From contig OZ242195.1 in NCBI GenBank assembly GCA_965205975.1, forward strand, positions 4,736,001-4,800,000: a DNA stretch of 64,000 nt. The letters are read 5' to 3'. This document shows positions 9,173 through 18,511 of this stretch, piece by piece (the stretch's first letter is position 1; each line of letters begins with the position of its first letter). Origin of the DNA: Candidatus Latescibacterota bacterium. Lineage in GTDB: Bacteria > Latescibacterota > UBA2968. A program made the translations under genes and the position numbers. The notes below the pieces were generated by a model, which ran no database searches, was not told the DNA's origin, and saw nothing but the letters and a program-made list of their open reading frames with translations.

Positions 9173-10570
9173 TAGTGCATCGTGGCAAAAAAGGTTCCTT
9201 GTATGATCAGCATTGCTTATCTTTGTGTGTCCGCCAAGCCTTCAGATAAAATTCGATCCCGTTTATAGTGCCTGTCTCATCGAGGTGTCCATGCCCGGTT
9301 ATTACAAAAAAGCCAGCCCGTTGCCCATCAGCGTGATGCAACGTAGCGTCTTAGAACACATTGTCCAACGCCATACCAGTCGCCAAGACCATGCCCGCCG
9401 TGCGCGTATGATCCTGTTAAGCAGTGAAGGGTTAGGCATCGGTCAAGTCAGCGCACAAGTCGGCGCAGATCCAAAGACAGTTTCTACCTGGCGCAAGCGT
9501 TGGCTGGCAGGTTATGAGGCTCTCAAAGCGATGGAAGCCGAGGGCGATAGCCGTGCCTTGTCCGATGCGGTCTTATCCCTCCTATCGGATGCGCCCCGTC
9601 CAGGTACGCCTGTGAGGTATTCGGCACAGGTGGTCACAAAGATTGTGGCCCTCTCCTGTGAAGCCCCCAAAGCGTGTGGGTATCCCATCAGCCATTGGAC
9701 GCCTCAAGTCTTGCGTGAAGCAGTCATCGCCCGCGGCATCGTCCCTGATATTTCAGTTCGCAGTGTGGGACGTTTTTTAAAAAGAGGCCGATCTTAAGCC
9801 GCATCAAGTCCGGTATTGGGCGCGTCCTCCTGATGAAGATAAAGAAGCCTTTTACGAGGCAAGTGAAAAGGTCTGTGCCTTATATCAATCTGCTCTTGAC
9901 CTTCACGAAGAAGGTGTGCATGTCATCAGCACAGATGAAAAAACGGGCATACAGGCCAAAGAACGTGCCAAACCCACCCTACCGATGAAGCAGGGACGGG
10001 TTGAACATCAGGAGTTTGAATACAAAAGACATGGCACCTGTTGCTTGATTGGCAATTTTGAAGTCGCCACAGGGCAGGTGATTGCCCCAACCTTATCCCT
10101 AACACGAACAGAGAAAGATTTTAAGACGCACATCCAACAGACCTTTGCACAAGACCCAAAAGGTGAGTGGGTCTTTGTCGTGGATCAACTCAATACCCAT
10201 AAATCGGAAGCCTTAGTCCGATGGGTGGCTGATGTGTGCGACATTCAAGACGATTTAGGGGAAAAAGGCAAATACGGGATTCTAAAATCTATGCAAACCC
10301 GGGCCGACTTCCTCAGCAATCAAGCCCACCGAGTGCGCTTTGTTTATACCCCTAAACACGCCTCGTGGCTCAATCAGATTGAATGCTGGTTTTCTATTCT
10401 CGTGCGACGCCTACTCAAAAGAGGGAGTTTTACCTCTGTCCAAGACCTCCAGCAATCGCTTTTGGATTTCATTGCCTTTTTCAACAAAACCATGGCCAAA
10501 CCGTTTAAATGGACCTATACCGGAAGACCCCTTAATCTATAACACCAATGACTTTTGCCACGATGCACTA
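9173..10570 (+). mobile_element. IS630-family insertion sequence with TA at both ends
   Basis: Terminal inverted repeats GTGCATCGTGGCAAAA / TTTTGCCACGATGCAC flanked by TA (9173-9174, 10569-10570); split transposase inside. Confidence 0.92.
9291..10542 (+). CDS. IS630 transposase in two frames joined at a T6A5 run (9773-9783)
   Basis: HTH part (DAPRPG, ISHWT) plus DDE part (STDEKTG, DQLNTH, SWLNQIECWF); removing one A gives FLKEADLKPHQVRYW. Confidence 0.85.
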
Positions 10571-10580
10571 GAGATTTAAG

Positions 10581-13500
10581 ATGATACAGCCTCTTCTTGA
10601 TTTTGATGCGCTACCCCCTGCTGAAAGGTTTCCACTAAACAGGGGTAACCAGAAGGTCGAACAATTCGTGAGAGAGGATTTTGACGTCTCAGATGACTTT
10701 CTGATTATCACGGGTTTTAGTTCTCTATCCTATATGGTTGAATTCCTAGGACGGGCTGATTATTCAGGTGGAAAACGGGTTCGAGTCGTATTGGGCAATG
10801 AGCCTATGTACACTAACCTGAGCAGGCAGGATGATTTTCGCAACATCCCGCTCAATCAGGAGATACGAGATTTCTGGCTTGAGGAAGGCATTTCGATTAC
10901 ACAATGTGGGGCTATACTTCGCCTAATTGAGCATATCGAACAAAATCGTCTAGAAGTGAAAATTTTTGATTCTTTGCACGCTAAAATGTACGTGGGGGCT
11001 GAACACGCAATTCTTGGATCGAGCAATTTTTCTGTCAGTGGTCTCCGGTTGCAGAATGAAGCCAATATACGGTTTGAGAAATCGAAAGATGAGTATAAAG
11101 AAATCCGCCAGATCGCAGAGCACTTCTGGCAGATGGGTGGTGATTATAAGCAGGAGATCATTGATCTGTTGAGGCGGCTTCTAAGCTTGGTGACGTGGGA
11201 GGAAGCTTTAGCGCGCGCTATAGCTGAGATTTTGGAAGGAAGCTGGCTTCAGAAATATCCCCAGGTGTTTGATCTTCTGAACAATGTTCAGATTTGGCCT
11301 TCACAAGTTCAGGCAATTGGGCAGGCGCTTTACATATTGGACAACCATGGAAGTTTACTCATTGCAGATCCTACAGGTTCTGGTAAGACCCGTCTTGGTG
11401 CTGGTTTGCACCTTTCAATCATTAATCGTCTCTGGACGGGTGGACGAGGGGCAAGAAGCAATACGTTGATCGTGTGTCCTCCGCAGGTCATCGACAACTG
11501 GCGGAACGAATATCAACAATTGGCATACAATTACCCTGTGATGTTGTCGCAAGGTAAGCTCAGTATGGGTGAACAGAGCCTAAACCGAAATGACGTCAAG
11601 GATGCAAAGATTCTGTTTATCGACGAAGCACACAATTATTTAAATAAACGTTCGAACAGAAGTGCTGCACTTCAGTATAATTCAGCAGATCACATTGTGC
11701 TTTATACCGCAACGCCCATAAATAAAAAGATTGAGGACCTGTTCCGACTGATTGAGATTCTCGATATTGACAATCTATCGGATGAGGCGATTGCTGAATA
11801 TGTGATGTTGAGTAAGAAACGGACTCATTTAGGAACGTCTGATGCCGATCCGCTCCGTGAACATATCCGAAATTTTACCATCAGGCGAACAAAAAAAGAT
11901 TTGAACAGATTGATTGATGAGGCTCCCGGGAAATATTTGAACCAGTTCGGGGAAAAATGTCGATATCCAGAGCACATCTGTGACATCTACAAGATACAAG
12001 AATCAGAACGTGACATTGCCATCGCCAGAGAAATCAATACGCTTGCACGCCGATTAAAAGGCTTGATTTTCTTGCGAAAAATTCGGCTGAGACGCGATGA
12101 ACTCAAAGATCCCAAAAAACAGCGAGAGATTTTGAAGAACAGGCAGAAAGCCGCGGCGGCACTTGCGCTTTACAATGTGCAAGCCATGATGCGATCTTCA
12201 CGAGCTGCTTTGCTGGAACACATTAAAGGAACCGAACAGGCCCGGCACCATTTTCGCATTAAGAGAAGAAAGAACCCCTCTGGAAATGTTATTGGCAGTT
12301 TGAAAAGGCATCGCGCTTCACTGCCACAACACAATCTGACAATTGAACTGCCGTCTTGGCTAACGAAGAGGGAGATTTATCAAACTGAGTGTGATCAGGA
12401 AATTGGGATCTATAATCAGATCGCTGAACTCTGTAAGCAGTTGAGTGATCACCGAGAAAAGAGCAAGGCAAGGTTCATTACTCAGTTGTTTAAAAAACAT
12501 AGCCTGATTCTGGCCTTTGATAGCCATCTTTTGAGCCTTCATTATATAGAACAGATCATAGATGCAGAATACAAAAACATAGAAACGCTCACTGTTACTG
12601 GTGACAACGAACAAAGCAAAAGCCGAGCAAAAGAATATTTCGGTTTGGAGTCGGATAAACAGGAAGTTGTTGGGTTTTGTTCGGATGTGATGGCCGAAGG
12701 AGTTAATCTGCAGCGTGCATCGGCGATGGTGCTTTTGGATATGCCCAGTGTCATGCGAATTGCAGAACAGAGAATTGGAAGAATTGACCGAATGGATAGT
12801 CCCCATGGGTCCATTGAGATCTACTGGCCGGATGATCATGAGGAATTTGCGCTCAAAACGGATATGAAATTCTTCAGAACAGCCCGGACTGTAGAGACCG
12901 TATTGGGGAGCAATATTGATATCCCTGAAGAGTTGCTGCAGGATCAAGATTTATTGGAGGATCCGAACAGGACCATCATTTCTGGATCTGTTGCCAAGAA
13001 TCTGTACGAAGAAATGCAACGGGATACGTTTGAGGCAACATTTGCAGATGGTATCCAAGATGCGTTTCAGCCCGTCAAAGATTTGGTTTTTGGTCCGGAA
13101 CCGTTGATCAAGACCCAAACCTACAATGCGATAAAATTGTCGGAAGCAACCGTCATAAGCAATGTGAGTGTTGTAAAATCTAATACGTGCTGGGGATTTT
13201 TCGCGATCAGGGGGTCAGCACAATATGCTCCTCGGTGGATTTATATCGACGAAAACGGAGAAATCATTAAGGATCTGCCAGCAGTCTGCGAGAAGCTGGT
13301 AACCAACCTTGAAGGTGTGGAAAATCTCAATGATAGAATCGACCAGGCTCAAGTTCTCCTAACTGATTTTGTTGAGAAAATTCAGAAGAGCGAAATCCAG
13401 AATCTGCCAAACAAGAAAAGGCGTGCTCTGGAATTGCTTCAAAACCTGATGGTTGCCTATCTGAAGCCACGAGAAGTGCCACGAGAACGCAGAGATATAT

Positions 13501-13784
13501 TGCGGGGGATTCAGAAGCTCTTCAATCCAGATCCAACGCATGAATTCTCTATTGATTATTACCAGCTTGCGCAGACATGGTTGGATATAATCCAGCCGAT
13601 CCTGATTGAGGAACGCCAAAAGCGCAGAGGCATAGTGCATTTGAAAAGTTTAGAGAGAAAGCTGAAGCGTGAACCCTTGGACAATGCGCAATTGGCACTT
13701 TTAACAGACCGCCTACCTACCATCAATAATATCGGGAAGCGGATTGCATCGTGTATTATTGGCATTATTGTTGTTGATCAATGA
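10581..13784 (+). CDS. PLD-family nuclease fused to an SNF2-like SF2 helicase
   Basis: LHAKMY..GSSNFS..NEAN PLD motif; ADPTGSGKT, DEAH, TATP, EGVNLQ, EQRIGRIDR helicase motifs. Confidence 0.88.
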   Translation: MIQPLLDFDALPPAERFPLNRGNQKVEQFVREDFDVSDDFLIITGFSSLSYMVEFLGRADYSGGKRVRVVLGNEPMYTNLSRQDDFRNIPLNQEIRDFWLEEGISITQCGAILRLIEHIEQNRLEVKIFDSLHAKMYVGAEHAILGSSNFSVSGLRLQNEANIRFEKSKDEYKEIRQIAEHFWQMGGDYKQEIIDLLRRLLSLVTWEEALARAIAEILEGSWLQKYPQVFDLLNNVQIWPSQVQAIGQALYILDNHGSLLIADPTGSGKTRLGAGLHLSIINRLWTGGRGARSNTLIVCPPQVIDNWRNEYQQLAYNYPVMLSQGKLSMGEQSLNRNDVKDAKILFIDEAHNYLNKRSNRSAALQYNSADHIVLYTATPINKKIEDLFRLIEILDIDNLSDEAIAEYVMLSKKRTHLGTSDADPLREHIRNFTIRRTKKDLNRLIDEAPGKYLNQFGEKCRYPEHICDIYKIQESERDIAIAREINTLARRLKGLIFLRKIRLRRDELKDPKKQREILKNRQKAAAALALYNVQAMMRSSRAALLEHIKGTEQARHHFRIKRRKNPSGNVIGSLKRHRASLPQHNLTIELPSWLTKREIYQTECDQEIGIYNQIAELCKQLSDHREKSKARFITQLFKKHSLILAFDSHLLSLHYIEQIIDAEYKNIETLTVTGDNEQSKSRAKEYFGLESDKQEVVGFCSDVMAEGVNLQRASAMVLLDMPSVMRIAEQRIGRIDRMDSPHGSIEIYWPDDHEEFALKTDMKFFRTARTVETVLGSNIDIPEELLQDQDLLEDPNRTIISGSVAKNLYEEMQRDTFEATFADGIQDAFQPVKDLVFGPEPLIKTQTYNAIKLSEATVISNVSVVKSNTCWGFFAIRGSAQYAPRWIYIDENGEIIKDLPAVCEKLVTNLEGVENLNDRIDQAQVLLTDFVEKIQKSEIQNLPNKKRRALELLQNLMVAYLKPREVPRERRDILRGIQKLFNPDPTHEFSIDYYQLAQTWLDIIQPILIEERQKRRGIVHLKSLERKLKREPLDNAQLALLTDRLPTINNIGKRIASCIIGIIVVDQ

Positions 13785-13816
13785 CGGAGGATAAATAACA
13801 GAAGGGAGAGCACAAG

Positions 13817-15082
13817 ATGCTAAAGAAGCCAGATGACTTGGGAATCGAAAGTCTTTGTATCATTCCGCCTAAGAAGAATTGTATCAGCCTCGATCCACAG
13901 ATTCAAACTTTTTTCTCGGAATCAGAGTGTGTTCGGGCTGCAATCGCCTTCTGGTCTATTTCAGAATACCAGCTTCAGCGATTGACAGGGAATCGGGGTA
14001 TACAGGTTCTTAAAAATGAAGATAGTTTTCTCTGTGTGGATATACAGAAGCCGACCAATATTGACCATCTTGCCAGTCTGGTTCAGAAAGGTGTCAAAGT
14101 CTTCTTAAATATCCGTCGCCTGCCAGGTCCTCTTGCAAAGTACTCAACCTCATCAGGTTTGCTGCACACCAAGATGCTATTGTCAAATCGCAGTAACGAG
14201 CAGGCAGATTTCTGGATTGGGAGCCACAACTGGACTCTACCAGCATTGGAGGGCCCTAATAAAGAAGGTTCGATGGCCTTGCGATTGGATCGGGATGGGG
14301 CCTTATACACGGAGGTGCTGTCGTTTCTTGAAGACATTCGTGCGAATTACTGTCGGCCGTTTGACTCTGGAAAAGTCGATTTTTACAAGCTCCTACAAGA
14401 AAAAATGAGCCAGAGAGTGTCTGGGGAGAGTATTGATGTTATAAAAATGAAAGGAGAAGACGTAGACCAATTGCAGGGTGAGGTTATTGGTGTTTTTGGT
14501 CGGAACACTAAGGATTACCGAGATATACGAATGGTTGATCGGCCGGTGATGATATTAATTACCGATTCAAAGTCTGGTAAGGAATATCGATATTCTGCAA
14601 CGATCATTCAGGCCGGACGATTGGACTCTTCAAACCCTACAATTCAGGGTGTAAGTTTCTCAAAGAGACGCTTCGCTATAGTCGATGGCAGGCTTCCTGT
14701 GCTTGAGCCTGAGCAACAGCCTAATTCAATGCTTCTTTCAAAAGCAAAATTCTTCGCAACCATCCAGATTGATGCTCCTGAACTCAAAGACACTTGTTTG
14801 TTAGATACATCTGAGAGTAAAGTGCCTACCTGGGTTCCTGAATTTTATGATCCAGCCATAGAACAGATGTCCTCCGAAGCGCGGGCACTTTACTCAGATT
14901 TGGGAAAGAGTGGCCAGACTTTGGTGCTGCGTGGATTTGATTATAAAGAAGAAGGGAGACACGACGAACTCTGGCAGAAAAGTGAAGAGGCAACAGATAC
15001 TCGACAAGCCCCGGTGAAGAAAGAGAAAACCTATCAGCTTATCCAGAAGAAATGGATGGTAGATCCAGATATTGAGTATTAA
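13817..15082 (+). CDS. PLD-family (NgoFVII/BfiI-like) nuclease with unrecognised C-terminal domain
   Basis: AIAFWS, LHTKMLL..FWIGSHNWT..NKEGS single HxK motif; GGAG RBS; co-oriented 32 bp after the helicase. Confidence 0.75.
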   Translation: MLKKPDDLGIESLCIIPPKKNCISLDPQIQTFFSESECVRAAIAFWSISEYQLQRLTGNRGIQVLKNEDSFLCVDIQKPTNIDHLASLVQKGVKVFLNIRRLPGPLAKYSTSSGLLHTKMLLSNRSNEQADFWIGSHNWTLPALEGPNKEGSMALRLDRDGALYTEVLSFLEDIRANYCRPFDSGKVDFYKLLQEKMSQRVSGESIDVIKMKGEDVDQLQGEVIGVFGRNTKDYRDIRMVDRPVMILITDSKSGKEYRYSATIIQAGRLDSSNPTIQGVSFSKRRFAIVDGRLPVLEPEQQPNSMLLSKAKFFATIQIDAPELKDTCLLDTSESKVPTWVPEFYDPAIEQMSSEARALYSDLGKSGQTLVLRGFDYKEEGRHDELWQKSEEATDTRQAPVKKEKTYQLIQKKWMVDPDIEY

Positions 15083-15141
15083 TAATCTATTTCGTTTCCG
15101 TCGGTTTTGATAGAGAGGTTTATTTATAATCTAACGCAGTG

Positions 15142-15756
15142 CTACACCTCCCACCTTGCCAATTCCATCCACCGCGTCATCGCTTTTTGTGCTTCATTAA
15201 ACCGTTCGCGGATCTCTGGCGGAAGACATCTGTGGTATCCATTTGGCGGCTCGCGCATCATCACATTATAGTGTGCGTGTGTGTAGTTGAAGTACAGATT
15301 GGATCGCACTGGCTCTGTGGTCTTGGGCAGTCCATTGTGGATGACGGTCTCGGAAAAGAGTAAGACATCGCCCGCCTTGCCCGTTACTGCGACGGCGCCT
15401 GGAAGATCCAATCCCTGATATTCCTGCCAGCTCAAATCAAAATTGCTCTTGTGTGAGCCCGGTACAGCCACCACGCATCCGTCGTCGGGTCCATTATCTG
15501 TTAGAAAATACACGGTATTGAGCATTCGAGAGCGAATGTCACCGTTTCGATAACTGTAATCCGTTGTTGGCACGCCGCGATGCCATCCCCCCTGTTGCGC
15601 TCCCTTGTATTTAGAAATTGACCAGGTGTTGATGAGTTGAGGTTCGCCCATAAATGCCTTCAGATAAGGCACGACTTTCGGATGTGCGATCATCAGGTCA
15701 AAAACGGGATCAAGCCGTAAGAGACCATTCAAACGGATCTGCTCAGTTTTTACCAC
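15142..15756 (-). pseudogene. PhyH-family dioxygenase, 5'-truncated, HxG variant
   Basis: WHRG, VYFLTD..PDDG..VPGSHK, GDVLLF..H motifs; only 204 aa with an in-frame stop just upstream. Confidence 0.7.
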
Positions 15757-16403
15757 TTTATGAGGCTAAACTGAGAATGACCCGAAATATTCTTGTGCAT
15801 TCGGATAAGGATGTGCCAAAGCGCATGCTCACGGCCTGGAGTCTTGGATGTCCGGATCAGTTGATTGCCACTGCACAGGTTATTGATGATGAGCTCTTTG
15901 TCGTGGCCTGTGACCATACCCTGTTTAGAGTTGGCTTTGAAGAAATGCCCGCACTCAAGCGTATTCCAGAAGAACAGCGTTCTTCATTTACCATCTCCAG
16001 TGAAGGTAGTTATATTCACTGGCCTGAGGCTGATGTACATATCGACCTGGATGCAGTTCGCTACCTGAAAGATGATGAGTGGCGTGAAAAAAAGGATCGG
16101 GAAAGATTGATGTCTGATATTCGGTTCGGAGAGGCGGTTGCCGCATTTCGAAAACAGTGTGGGCTTAAGCAAGCCGATATTCAGGGCCTTTCGGAACGTC
16201 AGGTGCGTAGAATCGAAAAGGGAGAACGGACAAAGGTGGATACGCTGGGGATTCTGGCAAGAAGTCACGGATTGTCCCTGAAAGTATATCTGGATAAAAT
16301 TGCCGAGATACTTTCTGAAGATGGTGAGGTTATCTCCAGAGTCTCGACCTCGATTCCGCAAGACACCATAGACCTAAGTGGGGGCAGATATGATCAAAAA
16401 TGA
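15748..16403 (+). pseudogene. DUF2442-like + XRE HTH protein, probably 5'-truncated
   Basis: GSYIHWPEADVHIDL and GLKQADIQGLSERQVRRIEKGE; the upstream part of the ORF is antisense PhyH sequence. Confidence 0.6.
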
Positions 16404-16602
16404 GAGACAATATCGGATCACTAAGGCCCAGATGAGAAAGTTTGAGGGCGCTTTGGCGGAGTTGGCTCAAACTAAAGATAAAAATATTCACCCTCTACTT
16501 CAGAAAGCTCATCAGGATGCATTGAGAAGTCAATGTGAGGAACTCCGTATGCAGTTGGAGGAATACGACGCGCTTGTAGAAGGTAAGCGCGATGTTCTCT
16601 AA
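16390..16602 (+). CDS. Short antitoxin-like protein (MIKNERQY family), lacking the usual C-terminal HTH
   Basis: MIKNERQYRITKAQ..F..AL N-terminus typical of XRE-type antitoxins. Confidence 0.5.
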   Translation: MIKNERQYRITKAQMRKFEGALAELAQTKDKNIHPLLQKAHQDALRSQCEELRMQLEEYDALVEGKRDVL

Positions 16603-16671
16603 CGTCTTTCACTATCTGTCTGTTGTCACTGAATTTGTGTGTGCTGCCAATCACCGAAACCATCTCCGAAT

Positions 16672-17241
16672 ATGAAAACAGATCAATTTCCATCGAAAGT
16701 CCCATCCTTCCCAATCGGATCTTATAACCTGCGCGGAATAAAACCCGAGGACGCACGCTCTCTCTACCATTTTATGTCAGACAAAGAGGTAACCCAATTT
16801 ACAAGCTTGCATGCAGAAACGCTTGAAGAGGTCCAATCGTGGATTGAATTTATGATGGAACAGTTTGAAAAGAAACAATCAATTTACTGGGTCATAACAG
16901 AGGATAATCGTGCCATTGGTCGATGTCACTATATTTATCTCGACGCTATGCATTCAAGAGCCGAGATTGGATACTACCTCGCAAAAGAGTACTGGGGCTG
17001 CGGAATTATGACGAAAGCTGTCACTGCAATTGTAGAATACGGTTTTGAACACCTCAAATTGAATCGAATCGAAGCAAGGTCGATTTCCAGGAATTATGGT
17101 TCCACGCGCGTCCTTGAAAAAGTCGGTTTTTTAAAAGAAGGTACCCTGAGGCAGCATACTTTCAGAGCCGGTGAGTTTTTCGATGTTGAGGTGTTTTCGT
17201 TTTTAAATGCAGATTGGCAACAATTGAGAAACTCTTTATAG
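16672..17241 (+). CDS. GNAT N-acetyltransferase, RimJ/RimL family
   Basis: AEIGYYL..EYWGCGIMT, LNRIEA, N..S.RVLEKVGF..EG motifs. Confidence 0.88.
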   Translation: MKTDQFPSKVPSFPIGSYNLRGIKPEDARSLYHFMSDKEVTQFTSLHAETLEEVQSWIEFMMEQFEKKQSIYWVITEDNRAIGRCHYIYLDAMHSRAEIGYYLAKEYWGCGIMTKAVTAIVEYGFEHLKLNRIEARSISRNYGSTRVLEKVGFLKEGTLRQHTFRAGEFFDVEVFSFLNADWQQLRNSL

Positions 17242-17287
17242 CATACATTGCAACCACAAAAGACGGCATCCCAGATGGGTACCAAAG

Positions 17288-17328
17288 AAAAATGGGTTGC
17301 GCATCAATTTGCGTAACCCATTGTTTTT
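17288..17328 (-). terminator. Hairpin immediately 3' of tRNA-Val
   Basis: AATGGGTTGCGCA-loop-TGCGTAACCCATT stem flanked by A and T runs. Confidence 0.6.
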
Positions 17329-17330
17329 AA

Positions 17331-17407
17331 TGGTGGGCGATACTGGACTTGAACCAGTGACCTCTTGCATGTCAAGCAAGCACTCTAACCACCTGAGCTA
17401 ATCGCCC
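17331..17407 (-). tRNA. tRNA-Val (GAC)
   Basis: Reverse complement GGGCGATTAGCTCAGGTGG...CTTGC-TTGACAT-GCAAG...GGTTCAAGTCC...ATCGCCCACCA forms a cloverleaf with CCA end. Confidence 0.97.
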
Positions 17408-17443
17408 ACTAATTTGAAAGAACACACGGCCTGATATGAGCAA

Positions 17444-17472
17444 AAGCTATATGGATACAAAAATGTTGTCAA
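17444..17472 (-). promoter_or_regulatory. Sigma70-type promoter for tRNA-Val
   Basis: TTGACA-N17-TAGCTT on the minus strand upstream of the tRNA. Confidence 0.65.
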
Positions 17473-17601
17473 GCGAATTTTCTGACGGACGGTCGATTTT
17501 TTGGTGTGAAAAAGTGGGCAGAAATGCATATCATAGTATTGCAAGACCAGTACATTGCCGATAACTTTGAATTGGATTGCTGGTTGGCAAAGGAGATAAA
17601 A

Positions 17602-18501
17602 ATGCAATATCGCAATCTTGGGCGCACTGGCATTAAAGTATCTGTTGTCGGTCTGGGAGGACACGAGTTCCATCCTGATTCGCGTGTCGCTGGCTTTGGG
17701 GATAACAAGAACCTCGCAGTAACTCCTGGTCACATTTTTCCAGGCTTTGGCGGAGAGAACAGACTGCGGATTGTAGAGACAGCTCTGGAAACTGGGGTCA
17801 ACCTCTTTGATCTGACAATCGATTCTGAGAAAGAGGCTATGGGCAGGATTCTGAGAGCGGTGGATGTCAAAGATGAGATCCTTATACAAACCCGGCCAGA
17901 GGGCATGGTCTATACCTATGACCCGCACAACCGGAAGATGGCGGACTACAGCCTCTTGAGAGCTGAAGCGATCCGAGCTTTGAAGCTCATACAGCGGGAG
18001 GTGATAGACATCTACAACTTTGCCTTTATGGCAGATGCTCTGGAACACTATCCGGACTACCTCGACAAGATTGCGGACAACATCCAGAAGCTCAAGGATG
18101 AGGGGCTGATCCGATTTGCTTCGGCAGATACATTTTCAGGTCCGGAGACTTATGCCAAACAGTATGACAAGGGCTGCTTTGATACAACTTTCATCAACTG
18201 CAATCCCCTCGAAAAGGCCAAATTTGGTGATACCATTGTGAAAGCGAAAAAGCAAGCGTTGGGCATCCTGGGGCGCGTGCTCTTTCAGAAAGCAAAGGTG
18301 TTTGCGATTGCAGAAGAAAAAGGCTACGCCAACAGAGCGCAAGTTGCTAAGGCTCTAATCAAGTGGGCAGTCAAGGATAGCGGGGTTCACACCATCATGT
18401 TGGGTGTCTCCTCTCCGGAGCAGTTGACAGAGAACCTGACTGCCCTAAAAGATCTAAATTATGATGGTGAAGAGAGCAGGATTATAGAGGTGCTGAGCTA
18501 G
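17602..18501 (+). CDS. Aldo/keto reductase
   Basis: AGGAG RBS; MQYRNLGRTGIKVSVVGLG start, G.SSPEQL.ENL C-terminal motif. Confidence 0.85.
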   Translation: MQYRNLGRTGIKVSVVGLGGHEFHPDSRVAGFGDNKNLAVTPGHIFPGFGGENRLRIVETALETGVNLFDLTIDSEKEAMGRILRAVDVKDEILIQTRPEGMVYTYDPHNRKMADYSLLRAEAIRALKLIQREVIDIYNFAFMADALEHYPDYLDKIADNIQKLKDEGLIRFASADTFSGPETYAKQYDKGCFDTTFINCNPLEKAKFGDTIVKAKKQALGILGRVLFQKAKVFAIAEEKGYANRAQVAKALIKWAVKDSGVHTIMLGVSSPEQLTENLTALKDLNYDGEESRIIEVLS

Positions 18502-18511
18502 GAATCTTGAT

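Noticed and set aside
10581..15082. Assignment to DISARM, BREX or NgoAVII-type R-M
   Set aside because: No methyltransferase, PglZ or DUF1998 partner is present
17331..17350. Duplicated tRNA 3' end (att site) bounding the island
   Set aside because: No second copy found by eye in the window and no integrase
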